This document shows positions 38,495-48,235 of a stretch of DNA of 64,000 nucleotides, piece after piece (within the stretch, counting starts at the first letter, position 1; the number at the start of each line of letters is the position of its first letter). Where the stretch lies: NCBI GenBank assembly GCA_965648905.1, contig CBFGIT010000011.1, positions 32,557 to 96,556 of the forward strand, given 5' to 3'. The translations under genes were made by a program, and so were the position numbers. The stretch comes from a candidate division WOR-3 bacterium. Its GTDB lineage: Bacteria > Hydrothermota > Tepidihabitantia > Tepidihabitantales > Tepidihabitantaceae. The notes under the pieces were generated by a model. The model did not search any database. It saw only the letters and a list, made by a program, of their open reading frames with translations, and was not told the origin of the DNA.

Positions 38495-39943
38495 TTGACG
38501 AATACTACGCACCATCTCCTTGTCGCCGGCGAATGGGTCGCAACCGAGAAGGCCCTGCCGGTCGTCAATCCATACGACGAGGCGACCATCGGCGAAGTCT
38601 CGGTAGCCACTGAAACGGTCGTTGACGCGGCCATTGCTGCGGCTGAAGCCGGGGCTGAAGAGATGCGGCGGCTTCCGGCCCACGCCCGGGCCGAAATCCT
38701 CTTCCGCACCGCCGACCTGATTCAGAACCAGGCCGCGGAGTTCATCGACTCAATAGTCGCCGAGTCCGGCAAGCCGAGGAAGTTTGCCCAAGCTGAGGTC
38801 AGCCGGGCAATCGAGACCGTGCGCTTTGCCGCTGAGGAAGCAAAGCGGCTGCACGGCGAGACCGTACCGATGGATGCGGCCCGGGGTTCAGAGAAGCGCC
38901 GCGGGTTCTTCGTCCGCGTGCCGGTCGGCGTGATTGGTGCCATCACACCGTTCAACTTCCCGCTGAACCTTGTCGTCCACAAAGTCGCGCCTGCACTGGC
39001 TGCCGGCAACTCGGTCGTCTTGAAGCCTGCAACCAAGACTCCGCTCACTGCGCTCAAACTCGGCGCGCTGTTGCTTGAGGCCGGGCTGCCAGCCAGAGCC
39101 CTGAGCATCTTGGTTGGTTCAGGCGCTACAATAGGAGAAGCACTGGTCCGCGATTCACGGGTCCGGATGATAACCTTCACCGGTAGCCCGGCGGTCGGTG
39201 AAGCAATCAAGCGCGACTCCGGGCTCAAGCGCGTGACCCTGGAGCTCGGGTCCAATTCCGGGGCCATCATCGACGAGACCGCCCACCTCGAACCGGCTGT
39301 GGCACGATGTCTTGTCGGCGGGTTTGCCTACTCAGGCCAGGTTTGCATCCATACCCAGCGCCTGTATCTCCACGAGTCGATCGCCGAGCAATTCACGGCC
39401 CGGTTTGTCGACGGAGCTGAGAAACTCGTGTGCGGCAATCCGGCACTTCCTGACACCGACATCGGGCCGATGATTGACCGCGCGTCTTTAGCCCGTGCAC
39501 TCGACTGGGTCGAGGAAGCACGGGCCGCAGGCGCTGAAGTGCTCTGCGGCGGCAGGGCCGACCGTACCGTCATGCTGCCCACAGTCATCTCGCGTGCCAG
39601 TCCGGAGATGAAGGTCGTCTGCGAGGAATCGTTCGCGCCGATCGTCACTATCGAAACCTTCCGTGACTTTGATGAGGCGGTCGAGAAGTTCAATGCCGGT
39701 TCCTCGATGGGGACATATGACTATGGCCTTGCCTGCGGCGTCTTCACGCGTGACATCAGTCGTGCCTGGCAGGCGATTGACAAACTCGAAGTCGGCAACG
39801 TCTACATCAACGACTCGGCCACATCCCGCGCCGACCAGCAGCCCTACGGCGGAGTCAAAGACTCGGGCACGGGCCGCGAAGGCCCCCGCTTCGCCATCGA
39901 AGAGATGACCGACATCAAGATGGTGTCGTTCAACCTAGGCTAG
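38495..39943 (+). CDS. aldehyde dehydrogenase family protein
   Basis: ITPFNFP, FTGS, LELGSN, GQVCI, EESFAP, PYGGVKDSG. Confidence 0.95.
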   Translation: MTNTTHHLLVAGEWVATEKALPVVNPYDEATIGEVSVATETVVDAAIAAAEAGAEEMRRLPAHARAEILFRTADLIQNQAAEFIDSIVAESGKPRKFAQAEVSRAIETVRFAAEEAKRLHGETVPMDAARGSEKRRGFFVRVPVGVIGAITPFNFPLNLVVHKVAPALAAGNSVVLKPATKTPLTALKLGALLLEAGLPARALSILVGSGATIGEALVRDSRVRMITFTGSPAVGEAIKRDSGLKRVTLELGSNSGAIIDETAHLEPAVARCLVGGFAYSGQVCIHTQRLYLHESIAEQFTARFVDGAEKLVCGNPALPDTDIGPMIDRASLARALDWVEEARAAGAEVLCGGRADRTVMLPTVISRASPEMKVVCEESFAPIVTIETFRDFDEAVEKFNAGSSMGTYDYGLACGVFTRDISRAWQAIDKLEVGNVYINDSATSRADQQPYGGVKDSGTGREGPRFAIEEMTDIKMVSFNLG

Positions 39944-40034
39944 GACAGGGTTCGACCGTATGAACCAGACACAAGTGCTGGAGCTGGGGAGAACCGCCTC
40001 AACACAAGGCGAACTTTGAGGTGAAATCGAAGCC

Positions 40035-40640
40035 ATGCGGTACGCCATCTTCGACCTGGAGGCAACCTGCCGGGACCGGGGCATGCCGACTGCCAGCATG
40101 GAGACTATCGAAATCGGCGCGGTGATGCTGGCGTCGAGCACCGGCCCGATTCAAGGCGAGTTCTCCTGTTTTGTCCGTCCAAGTGCCGAACCGGTGCTGA
40201 GCGAGTTCTGTACCATGCTGACCGGTATCAGACAGCAGGACGTTGATATGGCCGAGCCGTTCACCGTGGTCTTTCCTCGGTTCGTGTCCTGGTTGGGCTC
40301 GGAGCCGGTGACGGTCTGCTCCTGGGGCAACTACGACATCAACCAGTTGCGGCTTGATTGCCAGCGCCACGGAATCGCTTGGCCTGCGGTCTTCGACTGC
40401 CATGTCAACCTCAAGAAGGAGTATGCCCGGCTGCGTGGAATCAGGCCGTGCGGCATGAAACGGGCACTCAACAACGAATCCATCCCGCTAACCGGCCGGC
40501 ATCATCGGGCAATTGACGACGCCCGCAACATCACAAACCTGGCCCGGCTCGTCTTGCCGGTCATCGAGAACCAGGCAATGTCGTCTTGGGACAGGCATGC
40601 ACGATTCCAGAGTGAGCCAGAGAATGCCATAGTCTTGTGA
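40035..40640 (+). CDS. DEDDh 3'-5' exonuclease (ERI-1/KapD-like)
   Basis: FDLEATC, IEIGAV, FCTMLTGI, SWGNYD, HHRAIDDA. Confidence 0.9.
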   Translation: MRYAIFDLEATCRDRGMPTASMETIEIGAVMLASSTGPIQGEFSCFVRPSAEPVLSEFCTMLTGIRQQDVDMAEPFTVVFPRFVSWLGSEPVTVCSWGNYDINQLRLDCQRHGIAWPAVFDCHVNLKKEYARLRGIRPCGMKRALNNESIPLTGRHHRAIDDARNITNLARLVLPVIENQAMSSWDRHARFQSEPENAIVL

Positions 40641-41035
40641 TCGACCCGAAGGGCAGAATCACCAATCCATTTGCACGTCAGGTGGAGGCCATGGCCGAGC
40701 CGACAAGCTTCGTGCTTGTGCCCGGACCAAAGCGGACGGTTCTGGCGCTTCCGGATTCGGCTTGGGAAGACCTGACGCGGCTGATTGAGGAGTCTTTCGG
40801 CGCAGAATCGGTGGTTACGCGGTGTTGGCGGGCTGTGTCTCACCAGGTGAGGACGGACCGTTTGGGTCGGATAGTGCTGCCTGCAACGATGCGCCGCCAT
40901 GCCGGTATCCGGTCTCGAATCATGGTTGTCGGCCGCAACGGCTATCTTGAGTTGCGCCGATCGCCGAGAGCTCCGAAGTCGAAGCGCACAAAGACCCTTG
41001 CTTCGACCGCGAAGAGACGACCGACATCTGGATGA
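40637..41035 (+). CDS. MraZ-like (SpoVT/AbrB) protein, divergent or 5'-truncated
   Basis: Two DxxGR motifs (IDPKGRI, TDRLGRIVLP) and RRHAGI..IMVVG..YLE. Confidence 0.65.
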   Translation: MIDPKGRITNPFARQVEAMAEPTSFVLVPGPKRTVLALPDSAWEDLTRLIEESFGAESVVTRCWRAVSHQVRTDRLGRIVLPATMRRHAGIRSRIMVVGRNGYLELRRSPRAPKSKRTKTLASTAKRRPTSG

Positions 41036-41166
41036 CTTCACCTCGCCGCCAGTCCAACCCCGGGGTATCCGGGTGAGGTGAACTGACGACGGGCGACCCC
41101 TGTGGGTCGCTCTGGCCGCAGCCGCGATGTTTGACAGCAGCATGGTTTCGTGCTAGAACTCTGCCC

Positions 41167-43221
41167 ATGGCTCGACCAGCTTTGCTTGTCTCCGACGAGC
41201 CGGAACGAAATCCCGACCGGCTCAGATTCGGGTTCCCTTCTTACGCGCAGACGATAGTTGACCTGATTTCTCTGTCTGAAAACCGGACCCCATTGGTTAT
41301 CGCCATCTACGGTCAGTGGGGCGCGGGCAAGACGACGCTGATGCAGGCTGTGCTGGAGAGCAAGAGCCTGACCGAGGAGCGGCCCGGGCACCGGCGCTGC
41401 CGCTCGGTTAAGTTTGATGCCTGGCAGACCCGGGATGACGAGTCGGTCCTGACCGCGCTGGTTGAGGAGGTGTTCCGTACCATCCGGCAGAACGGGTTTG
41501 GCTGTCCGGAGCAGGAGCTGGTTGAGTTCCGGCGGCGCTATGGCGGAGCCAAGTCTTTGGGCCCGATTGCCCGCTATCTGCTGGCTGAGGGCGAAGTCGA
41601 GCTATTGGCCAATCCCGAGTACGAGGCGCAGCGGAGCCGGCTGCCCTATCTCTCTTCGTTCCGTCGGTTTCTTGACGACTTGATTGGGCTGTATGTCGAG
41701 GGCAAGCTGCCCGCAGCCAATGCCACGGTTGACGACCGTAAGGCCGCACTCGTCATCTTCATTGACGACCTGGACCGGTGCTCGCCGCGCAAGGTCGTCG
41801 AGGCCTTCTCCGGAATCAAGCTGTTTCTCGACCGGCCGGGCTGCGTGTTTGTGCTTGCCATGGATCAGGAGCGGGTCGAGTCGGCAATCCGGCTTGCCTA
41901 TGCTGACCGGACCGATACCGAGCAGACCTATGAGGCGGACAAGTTTCTGGATAAGGTGATTGACGTCAGTTTTACCCTGCCGCCGCTGAAACCGGAAGAG
42001 GCCGGCGAGTATCTTCAGGACTGGTGTCAGGGAATACCTGCGCTCAAGACGTACTCAGGACCGATTGTCGAGAGCCTTGGCCGCAACCCGCGCCGCATCA
42101 AGCGGCTGGTGAACGAACTGAATCTGACCCTGGCCCTGGCCGACGCAGCCGGGGTCGGCATCAGCGAGGAACATGCGGTCGCCTTCACGGTCCTGAAATA
42201 TGCCTACCGGGAATACTATCGCCAGCTTGAGGCTCAGCCTGACCTGCCCGAGCGGGTCGAACAGGCAGTTGCTCGGCTTGAAGCTGCGGGCGGGGCCCGG
42301 GTCGACGAGCTTGACCTGCGCTCAACCCCGATGCAGAGCGCGCTTTCCGGACTGTCAATCGAGGCGCCGATTGTCACGAATCCGGCTCTGCGCACGATTG
42401 TTCGTTCGCTGCCCAAGGACCGGTCGGTCGTACTGAGCTATCTTGCCCTGTCGCGCACCGCGACCTTCAAGGAAGACGAACTTGAGGGGCGGCGGCCTGA
42501 GGTTCGGGTTGACGGCGGTTTCGCGCGTATTGCTGCGGGCCGGTTCTTTTTCGGCCCGGACAAGCAGCCGCTGACGATTGACTATGACTACGAAATCGGC
42601 GTGTTCCCGGTGACGAACCGCGAGTACCAGGAGTTTATCAGTGCCAACCCGAATCACCGCGCACCTGGGGTCGAGGCCGAATGGGCCGAGGGTTACAACT
42701 GGCGCAGCCGGCGCTATCCCGAAGGCAAGGAACATCACCCGGTTGTGCTGGTCTCGCGTGAAGACGCATTGGCGTACTGCGCCTGGCGAACGCGCAACGA
42801 CAAAGAAGGTCTGCTCTGGCGCCTGCCCACTGAGCAGGAATGGGAAAAGGCAGCACGCGGCCCGGAAGGCAATGTCTTCCCTTGGGGCAACGAGATGGAC
42901 AAGAACAAGTGCAACTGTCGTGAGTCCGGCATCGGGGGAACCACACCGGTAACCAAGTACGGCAACGGCGTATCGTACTATGGCTGCTACGACATGGCAG
43001 GCAATGTCTGGGAGTGGTGTGAAGAACAGCCGATGCAGGCTGACCCACAGGCACCGCGTATCCTGCGGGGCGGTTCATGGGACGATGAGGCCGATTTTGT
43101 CCGCACCGACTATCGGTACCCGCAATATCCGTCCAACGTCTATATCAACGTCGGGTTTCGGGTGGTACGGGTCCGGCGGCAGGCTCCATCCGCAGCAGAA
43201 GCCGGGCCCAGACCGGCATAG
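41167..43221 (+). CDS. KAP family P-loop NTPase fused to FGE-sulfatase (C-type lectin fold) domain
   Basis: GQWGAGKT, VIFIDDLDRC, FLDKVID, NPRRIKRLVN; then RLPTEQEWEKAARG, DMAGNVWEW, RGGSW, GFRV. Confidence 0.9.
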   Translation: MARPALLVSDEPERNPDRLRFGFPSYAQTIVDLISLSENRTPLVIAIYGQWGAGKTTLMQAVLESKSLTEERPGHRRCRSVKFDAWQTRDDESVLTALVEEVFRTIRQNGFGCPEQELVEFRRRYGGAKSLGPIARYLLAEGEVELLANPEYEAQRSRLPYLSSFRRFLDDLIGLYVEGKLPAANATVDDRKAALVIFIDDLDRCSPRKVVEAFSGIKLFLDRPGCVFVLAMDQERVESAIRLAYADRTDTEQTYEADKFLDKVIDVSFTLPPLKPEEAGEYLQDWCQGIPALKTYSGPIVESLGRNPRRIKRLVNELNLTLALADAAGVGISEEHAVAFTVLKYAYREYYRQLEAQPDLPERVEQAVARLEAAGGARVDELDLRSTPMQSALSGLSIEAPIVTNPALRTIVRSLPKDRSVVLSYLALSRTATFKEDELEGRRPEVRVDGGFARIAAGRFFFGPDKQPLTIDYDYEIGVFPVTNREYQEFISANPNHRAPGVEAEWAEGYNWRSRRYPEGKEHHPVVLVSREDALAYCAWRTRNDKEGLLWRLPTEQEWEKAARGPEGNVFPWGNEMDKNKCNCRESGIGGTTPVTKYGNGVSYYGCYDMAGNVWEWCEEQPMQADPQAPRILRGGSWDDEADFVRTDYRYPQYPSNVYINVGFRVVRVRRQAPSAAEAGPRPA

Positions 43222-43578
43222 TCCCAGACCGCAGACCTCAACCGCCGGCCGTTAGCAGAACCTCTGAGCCTGAGACAAACGGCAGCGATGAAGCAAGACA
43301 GCCGTACCAGGCCGCACGGACCGGCCCCGGATTGGAAGGGGCTTGCAGAGCGGCTCTTGAGACTGACTGCCAAGCGACTCAGACTGCGCACCTGCGAGCT
43401 CAGCAGCGAGTACAACAGACTGCGGGTTGCGGTTGTCGAGGCTGGTGATTTCGCATCTGTGCCGGTGTTTGTCCCTGCGTTTCTCCTCGGCTCGAGTCCG
43501 AGTCTCTTCCTCGGCACTAACCACCAAAGTTCACAAGCAGGTGCGCGGCGAGCCAAGCCGCGTTGCCTGCGCTGCGCA

Positions 43579-43606
43579 TTGACCAGCCGGGTGACGATGC
43601 TATACT
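43579..43606 (+). promoter_or_regulatory. sigma70-type promoter (TTGACC-16-TATACT, extended -10)
   Basis: Upstream of ATG 43626. Confidence 0.6.
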
Positions 43607-43625
43607 CTGCCGAGGTTTCCTGAAC

Positions 43626-44315
43626 ATGCGAAAAACAATTCCTGTTTTGATCCTGCTGGCTGGGCTCACGTCGGCCTCAGACGGCCCGGAAGGCTGGATT
43701 GTCCCGTTCGCCGCAGCGTACCAGCCGGACTTGGCCGGATTCAACGCGAAGTTCGCTACGGCCGGGCTGCCTGAGGCACACACGCGCCATTTCGGCTGGG
43801 GCATTGAGGTCCGGTCTTTGGCCGGCGGCCTGCTGGTCGGCCCGCTCTTCTTCCGCACTTGGGATGACGTCGAGAATGAGTCTTTTCAGGTACGCACCGA
43901 TGCAACCGGCATTCTGGGCGAGGTTGGCCTCAAAGTCCCGCTCGGCAGCATGTTGACCATTGTCCCGATGGTTGGCCTGGGCGGTCTGTCCCAGTCGTTC
44001 TCGCTTCGGGAGCGAACCGGCCGGCTCAGTCTCGACAGTCTGCTCAGCTCGCCAGGCCAGACCGCCGGACTTTCGCCGGGCATGAAGCTGGCTGGTCTGG
44101 CCGGGCTTGAGCTCGACCTTGCGGTGCGCGCAGTCAGCGGCCGCTACGGCGTGGCGCTGCGCGGCGGATACCTCTACTCGCCGATGGGTCTCACCTGGAA
44201 GCTGAACAACGGCGCGGAAGTTACCGACGTGCCGGTGACCCATCTCGGCGGGCCTTTCTTCTCGGTCGGAATCCTGATTCTGCCTGAGCCGCAGGTAACC
44301 GGGGCCAGCCCGTGA
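43626..44315 (+). CDS. secreted hypothetical protein, probable outer-membrane beta-barrel
   Basis: Signal peptide; alternating amphipathic strands; GPFFSVGI near the C-terminus. Confidence 0.65.
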   Translation: MRKTIPVLILLAGLTSASDGPEGWIVPFAAAYQPDLAGFNAKFATAGLPEAHTRHFGWGIEVRSLAGGLLVGPLFFRTWDDVENESFQVRTDATGILGEVGLKVPLGSMLTIVPMVGLGGLSQSFSLRERTGRLSLDSLLSSPGQTAGLSPGMKLAGLAGLELDLAVRAVSGRYGVALRGGYLYSPMGLTWKLNNGAEVTDVPVTHLGGPFFSVGILILPEPQVTGASP

Positions 44316-45124
44316 CACGGCCCGGGATTCTCGTGCTGCTTGCCGGTCTCGTCGCTCTGTGCTGCATCTATGCCTATCGGCTCGAACAGACCGCGTTCTT
44401 CAGCCAGGACGCAGCCGGCATCAGCCAGGTGAGCGTCAGCACAAGAAACGGCAGCATCTCGGTGAGCGCGGACTCGGATTCGGTTATCTCGGCCGCGGTC
44501 ACCAAGCGAGCCTACGGTCGCGATTCGGCCGATGCGGCGCAGGCGATTGCCAACGTGACGGTAACCGATGAAGTCCAGGCCGGTCGGTATGCTCTGCGCG
44601 CCCAGATGCCCGGCGGCAACCGTGCCTATGGTGCGTCGTTTCAGGTCACTGCACCCGAGTCGGTCGGCCTTGAACTCACCACAACCAACGGCAGCGTGAC
44701 GGTCCGGGCAATGCTTGCCGGCGTCATGGTGTCGACGACCAACGGCACAATCAGCCTGACCGGCACAGCCGGGGCTGCCAGCCTGAGCACGACCAACAGC
44801 AGTGTGACCGTTGCGGTTCATCAGGGCGAAGCAAACATCGAGACCACCAACGGCAGTGTGGACTGCGACATCGCCGGCCTTGCCCCGACCGAAAAGGTGA
44901 CCATTTCGACGACCAACGGCACGGTTGTGCTGCTTCTGCCCGCGGACGTATCAGCCCTGGTCGACCTGAAGACGACCAACGGCACGATTACCATTCACGG
45001 CTACGACCCGGTCTTCGAGAAACAGACCAAAGACCATATCCGGGCAAGGCTCGGCTCAGGTGCGTCGGCGATAACGGTCTCGACCTCGAACGGCGATGTC
45101 CGGGTTGCCAATCGCTCTCACTAG
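44312..45124 (+). CDS. DUF4097 beta-strand repeat protein
   Basis: Many (S/T)TTNG(S/T)(V/I) repeats; N-terminal signal/anchor. Confidence 0.85.
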   Translation: MTRPGILVLLAGLVALCCIYAYRLEQTAFFSQDAAGISQVSVSTRNGSISVSADSDSVISAAVTKRAYGRDSADAAQAIANVTVTDEVQAGRYALRAQMPGGNRAYGASFQVTAPESVGLELTTTNGSVTVRAMLAGVMVSTTNGTISLTGTAGAASLSTTNSSVTVAVHQGEANIETTNGSVDCDIAGLAPTEKVTISTTNGTVVLLLPADVSALVDLKTTNGTITIHGYDPVFEKQTKDHIRARLGSGASAITVSTSNGDVRVANRSH

Positions 45125-45209
45125 CAGCTTGACTGCTGAAACCGCCAAGCCCTTGGCCGCTGCGTTGTCTTCAACCGTGAGGCGAGAGCAGGCCGTCTCC
45201 GCCACGTAG

Positions 45210-46601
45210 ATGGTAGCTGTCCTGCTCAACCGCGGCATCGTCAGGGCAGGTTTCATCCTGCTGGCTGTTTTCGCTCCGGCACGCGGCTGGTTCGGGTATC
45301 ACATCTTCTACAAGGACATCGTCTGGTCTCTGGACAGCCGGCACATTGCGTTTTCGCTTGAGTGTTGCGGCGACGAAGTATCAAGCTGGCCGGACGAAGC
45401 AGTGCTCCTGGTTTCCGCTGACGACACCAATGCCCGACCGGTCATGCTCACTCCGCCGCTCGACCGCATCGCCGTCGGGCCGCAGCGCCAGGCGGCAGCC
45501 TGGAGCGACCAGTTCGGGATTTTCGTCATCGACATCGACCAGAGTCGGGTCGTGCATCATCTGCCGCACCTGGACGAAGGAGCCGTCGTGCCGCGGCGCG
45601 ACGATGAGCCGGCCGAGCGCTGGGCGGTCGAGCCGGACATCAGTCGACTGGTCTGGTCGCCGGACGGCAACGGTCTGGCCGGGACCGGGTACGACAACTT
45701 CTCAGGCTACAACCAAGTGCTGGTCACCTGGGACGTACGTGAGTCGCTCAGCGTGCTTCTGGCCCGAGATGTCGTCGGGTTCTGCTGGCGCGATGCCGAT
45801 ACGATACTCTACTGCGGCGTGCCGGTTCGTGCAGATGACGTGCCGGCCGCCTGGTATGCCGCGTACGCCCGGACCGGCACGGGCCGGCCCGCAAGTCGCG
45901 CAGAGTACGAATCAAGTCGGCCCAAGCGCACTCGGGCGTCGGTGTTAGAAGACGACTCGGCTCTCTTGATTACCGCGGATGGCACAAAGTCTCGACGCGT
46001 CCGTCTACCGGTCGCAGGTCAGCCAGGCAATCCTGCGGTCTCGCCCGACAACCAGCACATTGCCCTTGATGTCAAGCACAGGGACAGGAGCTGGCTGGCC
46101 GTGCTTAATGCCGATGGCAGCAGCTTCAAGATTCTTGCTGAAGGCTGGGCCCCGCAGTGGCTGGGCAAGGAGAGTCTCTTCTTCCAGCACCGCCAGGGCT
46201 TCGGCGTCGTGTGTCAGGACGGCTCGGGGCTGCGTGTTATCCCCTGGCCGAGGAATGGACATCACCCGCGCTGGGTGGCGGATTCCATCGTTGAGTTTCG
46301 TGTCGGCCGATGGGGCGCAGACCCGCCTCGGTTCCATGAGAACCCGCCTGAGCCTGGGGAAGTTCCTGGCGCAGAGTATCGGTACGACGAGCTCTGGCAG
46401 GTCAACGTCGTCACCGGCAGCATGAGGCCGGTTCCGACCGAACGTCTCGCACCCGTGACTCATTTAGGCCCACACACCCAGGAACCGGTCCTTTCGCACG
46501 ACGGCACGTGGCGCGCACAGATTGAAGACGGCCGTCTGGTCTTGACCCGAGCTGATGGCAGGGGTGAGCGAGTGCTCTATCTGCCGCGTCAGTTTCCGTA
46601 G
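45210..46601 (+). CDS. secreted TolB-like beta-propeller protein
   Basis: WSLDSRHIAF, WSPDG, PAVSPD, LNADGS, PVLSHDG. Confidence 0.65.
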   Translation: MVAVLLNRGIVRAGFILLAVFAPARGWFGYHIFYKDIVWSLDSRHIAFSLECCGDEVSSWPDEAVLLVSADDTNARPVMLTPPLDRIAVGPQRQAAAWSDQFGIFVIDIDQSRVVHHLPHLDEGAVVPRRDDEPAERWAVEPDISRLVWSPDGNGLAGTGYDNFSGYNQVLVTWDVRESLSVLLARDVVGFCWRDADTILYCGVPVRADDVPAAWYAAYARTGTGRPASRAEYESSRPKRTRASVLEDDSALLITADGTKSRRVRLPVAGQPGNPAVSPDNQHIALDVKHRDRSWLAVLNADGSSFKILAEGWAPQWLGKESLFFQHRQGFGVVCQDGSGLRVIPWPRNGHHPRWVADSIVEFRVGRWGADPPRFHENPPEPGEVPGAEYRYDELWQVNVVTGSMRPVPTERLAPVTHLGPHTQEPVLSHDGTWRAQIEDGRLVLTRADGRGERVLYLPRQFP

Positions 46602-46627
46602 CGAGAACTCGCCGACTCAGGCGCTGG

Positions 46628-47311
46628 CTAGATCTGTTCCTCATCAAAGAAGAGGTTGACGTACTGAACCCCGGGCGTGCGGTTCAGGTCGCGGATGAAA
46701 GCATCGCCCTGTTCCTTGTGCTTGAGCCGGACATAGAAAGAAAGCTCAATCAGGTCGGTGTCACCGAGTGAGCGGACATTGACCGGAGTCACCTTAGAAC
46801 AATGGCCATCGAGGATCGCCTGGTAGGGCGGAACCCGGTCGCCGGTGTCGCGGTAGTTGAACTGGAGCAGGTAGTCGTCGCGCCGGGGCGTGGCGAACTT
46901 CCAGTTGTAGAGCAGCAGAATCACCAGTCCGATGCACAGGGTGCCGACGAGCGCAACGTCATAGAAGCCGACACCCGCGGCCATGCCGACGCCGAGAGCG
47001 AGGAACACGTAGACAATGTCCTGGGTGTTCTTGACCGCGTGGCGAAAGCGGACGACCGAAAGTGCACCAACCAGACCGAAGGCACGGGCTAGGTTGTTGC
47101 CGATGACCATGATGACGACCGCGGTTGCCATTGAAAGCAGGATGAGCGTATTGGTGTAGGCAACCGAGTAGCCCGGGCCACGGTAGGTCCGGCGGTAGGT
47201 CCACGCAATCGCCACGCCGCAGATGAACGCAACGGCAATCTTGACCGCCACCTGCGGCGCACTAACCGGCAGGAGCCGTAGCTCGCTGACAAGACCTCTA
47301 AGCGCTTCCAT
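46628..47311 (-). CDS. DUF4956 family membrane protein
   Basis: IGNNLARAFGLVGALSVVRFR..K...DIVYVFLALGVGMAAGVG signature; C-terminal ACT-like domain. Confidence 0.9.
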   Translation of the reverse strand: MEALRGLVSELRLLPVSAPQVAVKIAVAFICGVAIAWTYRRTYRGPGYSVAYTNTLILLSMATAVVIMVIGNNLARAFGLVGALSVVRFRHAVKNTQDIVYVFLALGVGMAAGVGFYDVALVGTLCIGLVILLLYNWKFATPRRDDYLLQFNYRDTGDRVPPYQAILDGHCSKVTPVNVRSLGDTDLIELSFYVRLKHKEQGDAFIRDLNRTPGVQYVNLFFDEEQI

Positions 47312-47356
47312 TAGACAGACCTTTCAGGACGATGAACGCCAGACTGCTGGCTGTAC

Positions 47357-48232
47357 TCAATTTGCCTCCTTACGGGGTTGAGATTGTCCGGCCTCAAGCA
47401 GGACACCGTCGACCCACGTCTCCAGCCGCCGTTTCTCCAGCGGCAGGGGGGAATCGGGGAACTCGACGGTGTGGCCGATGTTGCGCAGCTCTTTCTTCTC
47501 GACACGGTGGACTTCGATACCCAGTCCGAACTTGGAAAACGCCGTGCGCTGCAGGTCGAATCGCTGCACCACGCCGCGCACCCACTGAGGCAGGTTCATG
47601 TAGAACTTCACCTCGAAGACGAAGTGACCGGGAATGAGGAACTTGAGGTCACGGTCAACATAGAGCTCGGCGAGTCGCGGGTACAGCCGGCTGCGGATGT
47701 TGCGGTCAAAGGTAAGCCGGAGGCGCGGGTCGAACCGGCCGAAGAACGCCTCTCGTTCGTAGGCCACGAGCACCAGGGGCATCATCCGCCGTCGGTAGTA
47801 GTTGTAGAGGAACCGGCCGGCAGCTTCGGCCTCTGCAGAACCGGGCGCAAATGGCAGCTCAGAAGCAGGCCCGTATCCGGCAAAGACCTGCTCGATCCGG
47901 TCCCAGCGCACCGGTGCCCGGCTCTTAGAAATGAAGTCTTCCTGCTTGCGCTTGATTTCGAGGAAGACAGTGCTGTCCGGCCCGGGTTGGTTGTAGCCGC
48001 GGATGCGGAGTTTCTTCTTCAGCCGAAATCCGTCGAACTTCTCGTCGTAGCAGCCGAACCGCCGTGTGTCGTAGTAGATGCTGCGCACGGTGTACTGCTT
48101 AGCCGCGCACGACGCGCAGAAACCGTCGAGACAGACGTACGGCCGGAGCGCGGCCCGCAGCTCGGGCAGAAGCGACTTGGGCACGACGTACTTGTATTCA
48201 AGCCGACCCGAGACCAATGCTGTCGGATTCAA
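47357..48232 (-). CDS. VTC domain (CYTH-like) polyphosphate polymerase family protein
   Basis: RLEYKY, YTVRSIYYDT, KKLRIRGY, FLEIKRK, YEREAF, RLTFD, FEVKF, FSKF. Confidence 0.9.
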   Translation of the reverse strand: MNPTALVSGRLEYKYVVPKSLLPELRAALRPYVCLDGFCASCAAKQYTVRSIYYDTRRFGCYDEKFDGFRLKKKLRIRGYNQPGPDSTVFLEIKRKQEDFISKSRAPVRWDRIEQVFAGYGPASELPFAPGSAEAEAAGRFLYNYYRRRMMPLVLVAYEREAFFGRFDPRLRLTFDRNIRSRLYPRLAELYVDRDLKFLIPGHFVFEVKFYMNLPQWVRGVVQRFDLQRTAFSKFGLGIEVHRVEKKELRNIGHTVEFPDSPLPLEKRRLETWVDGVLLEAGQSQPRKEAN

Positions 48233-48235
48233 GCG

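Noticed and set aside
43222..43560. DGR template repeat downstream of the FGE gene
   Set aside because: No similarity to the variable-region-like segment and no reverse transcriptase in the window.
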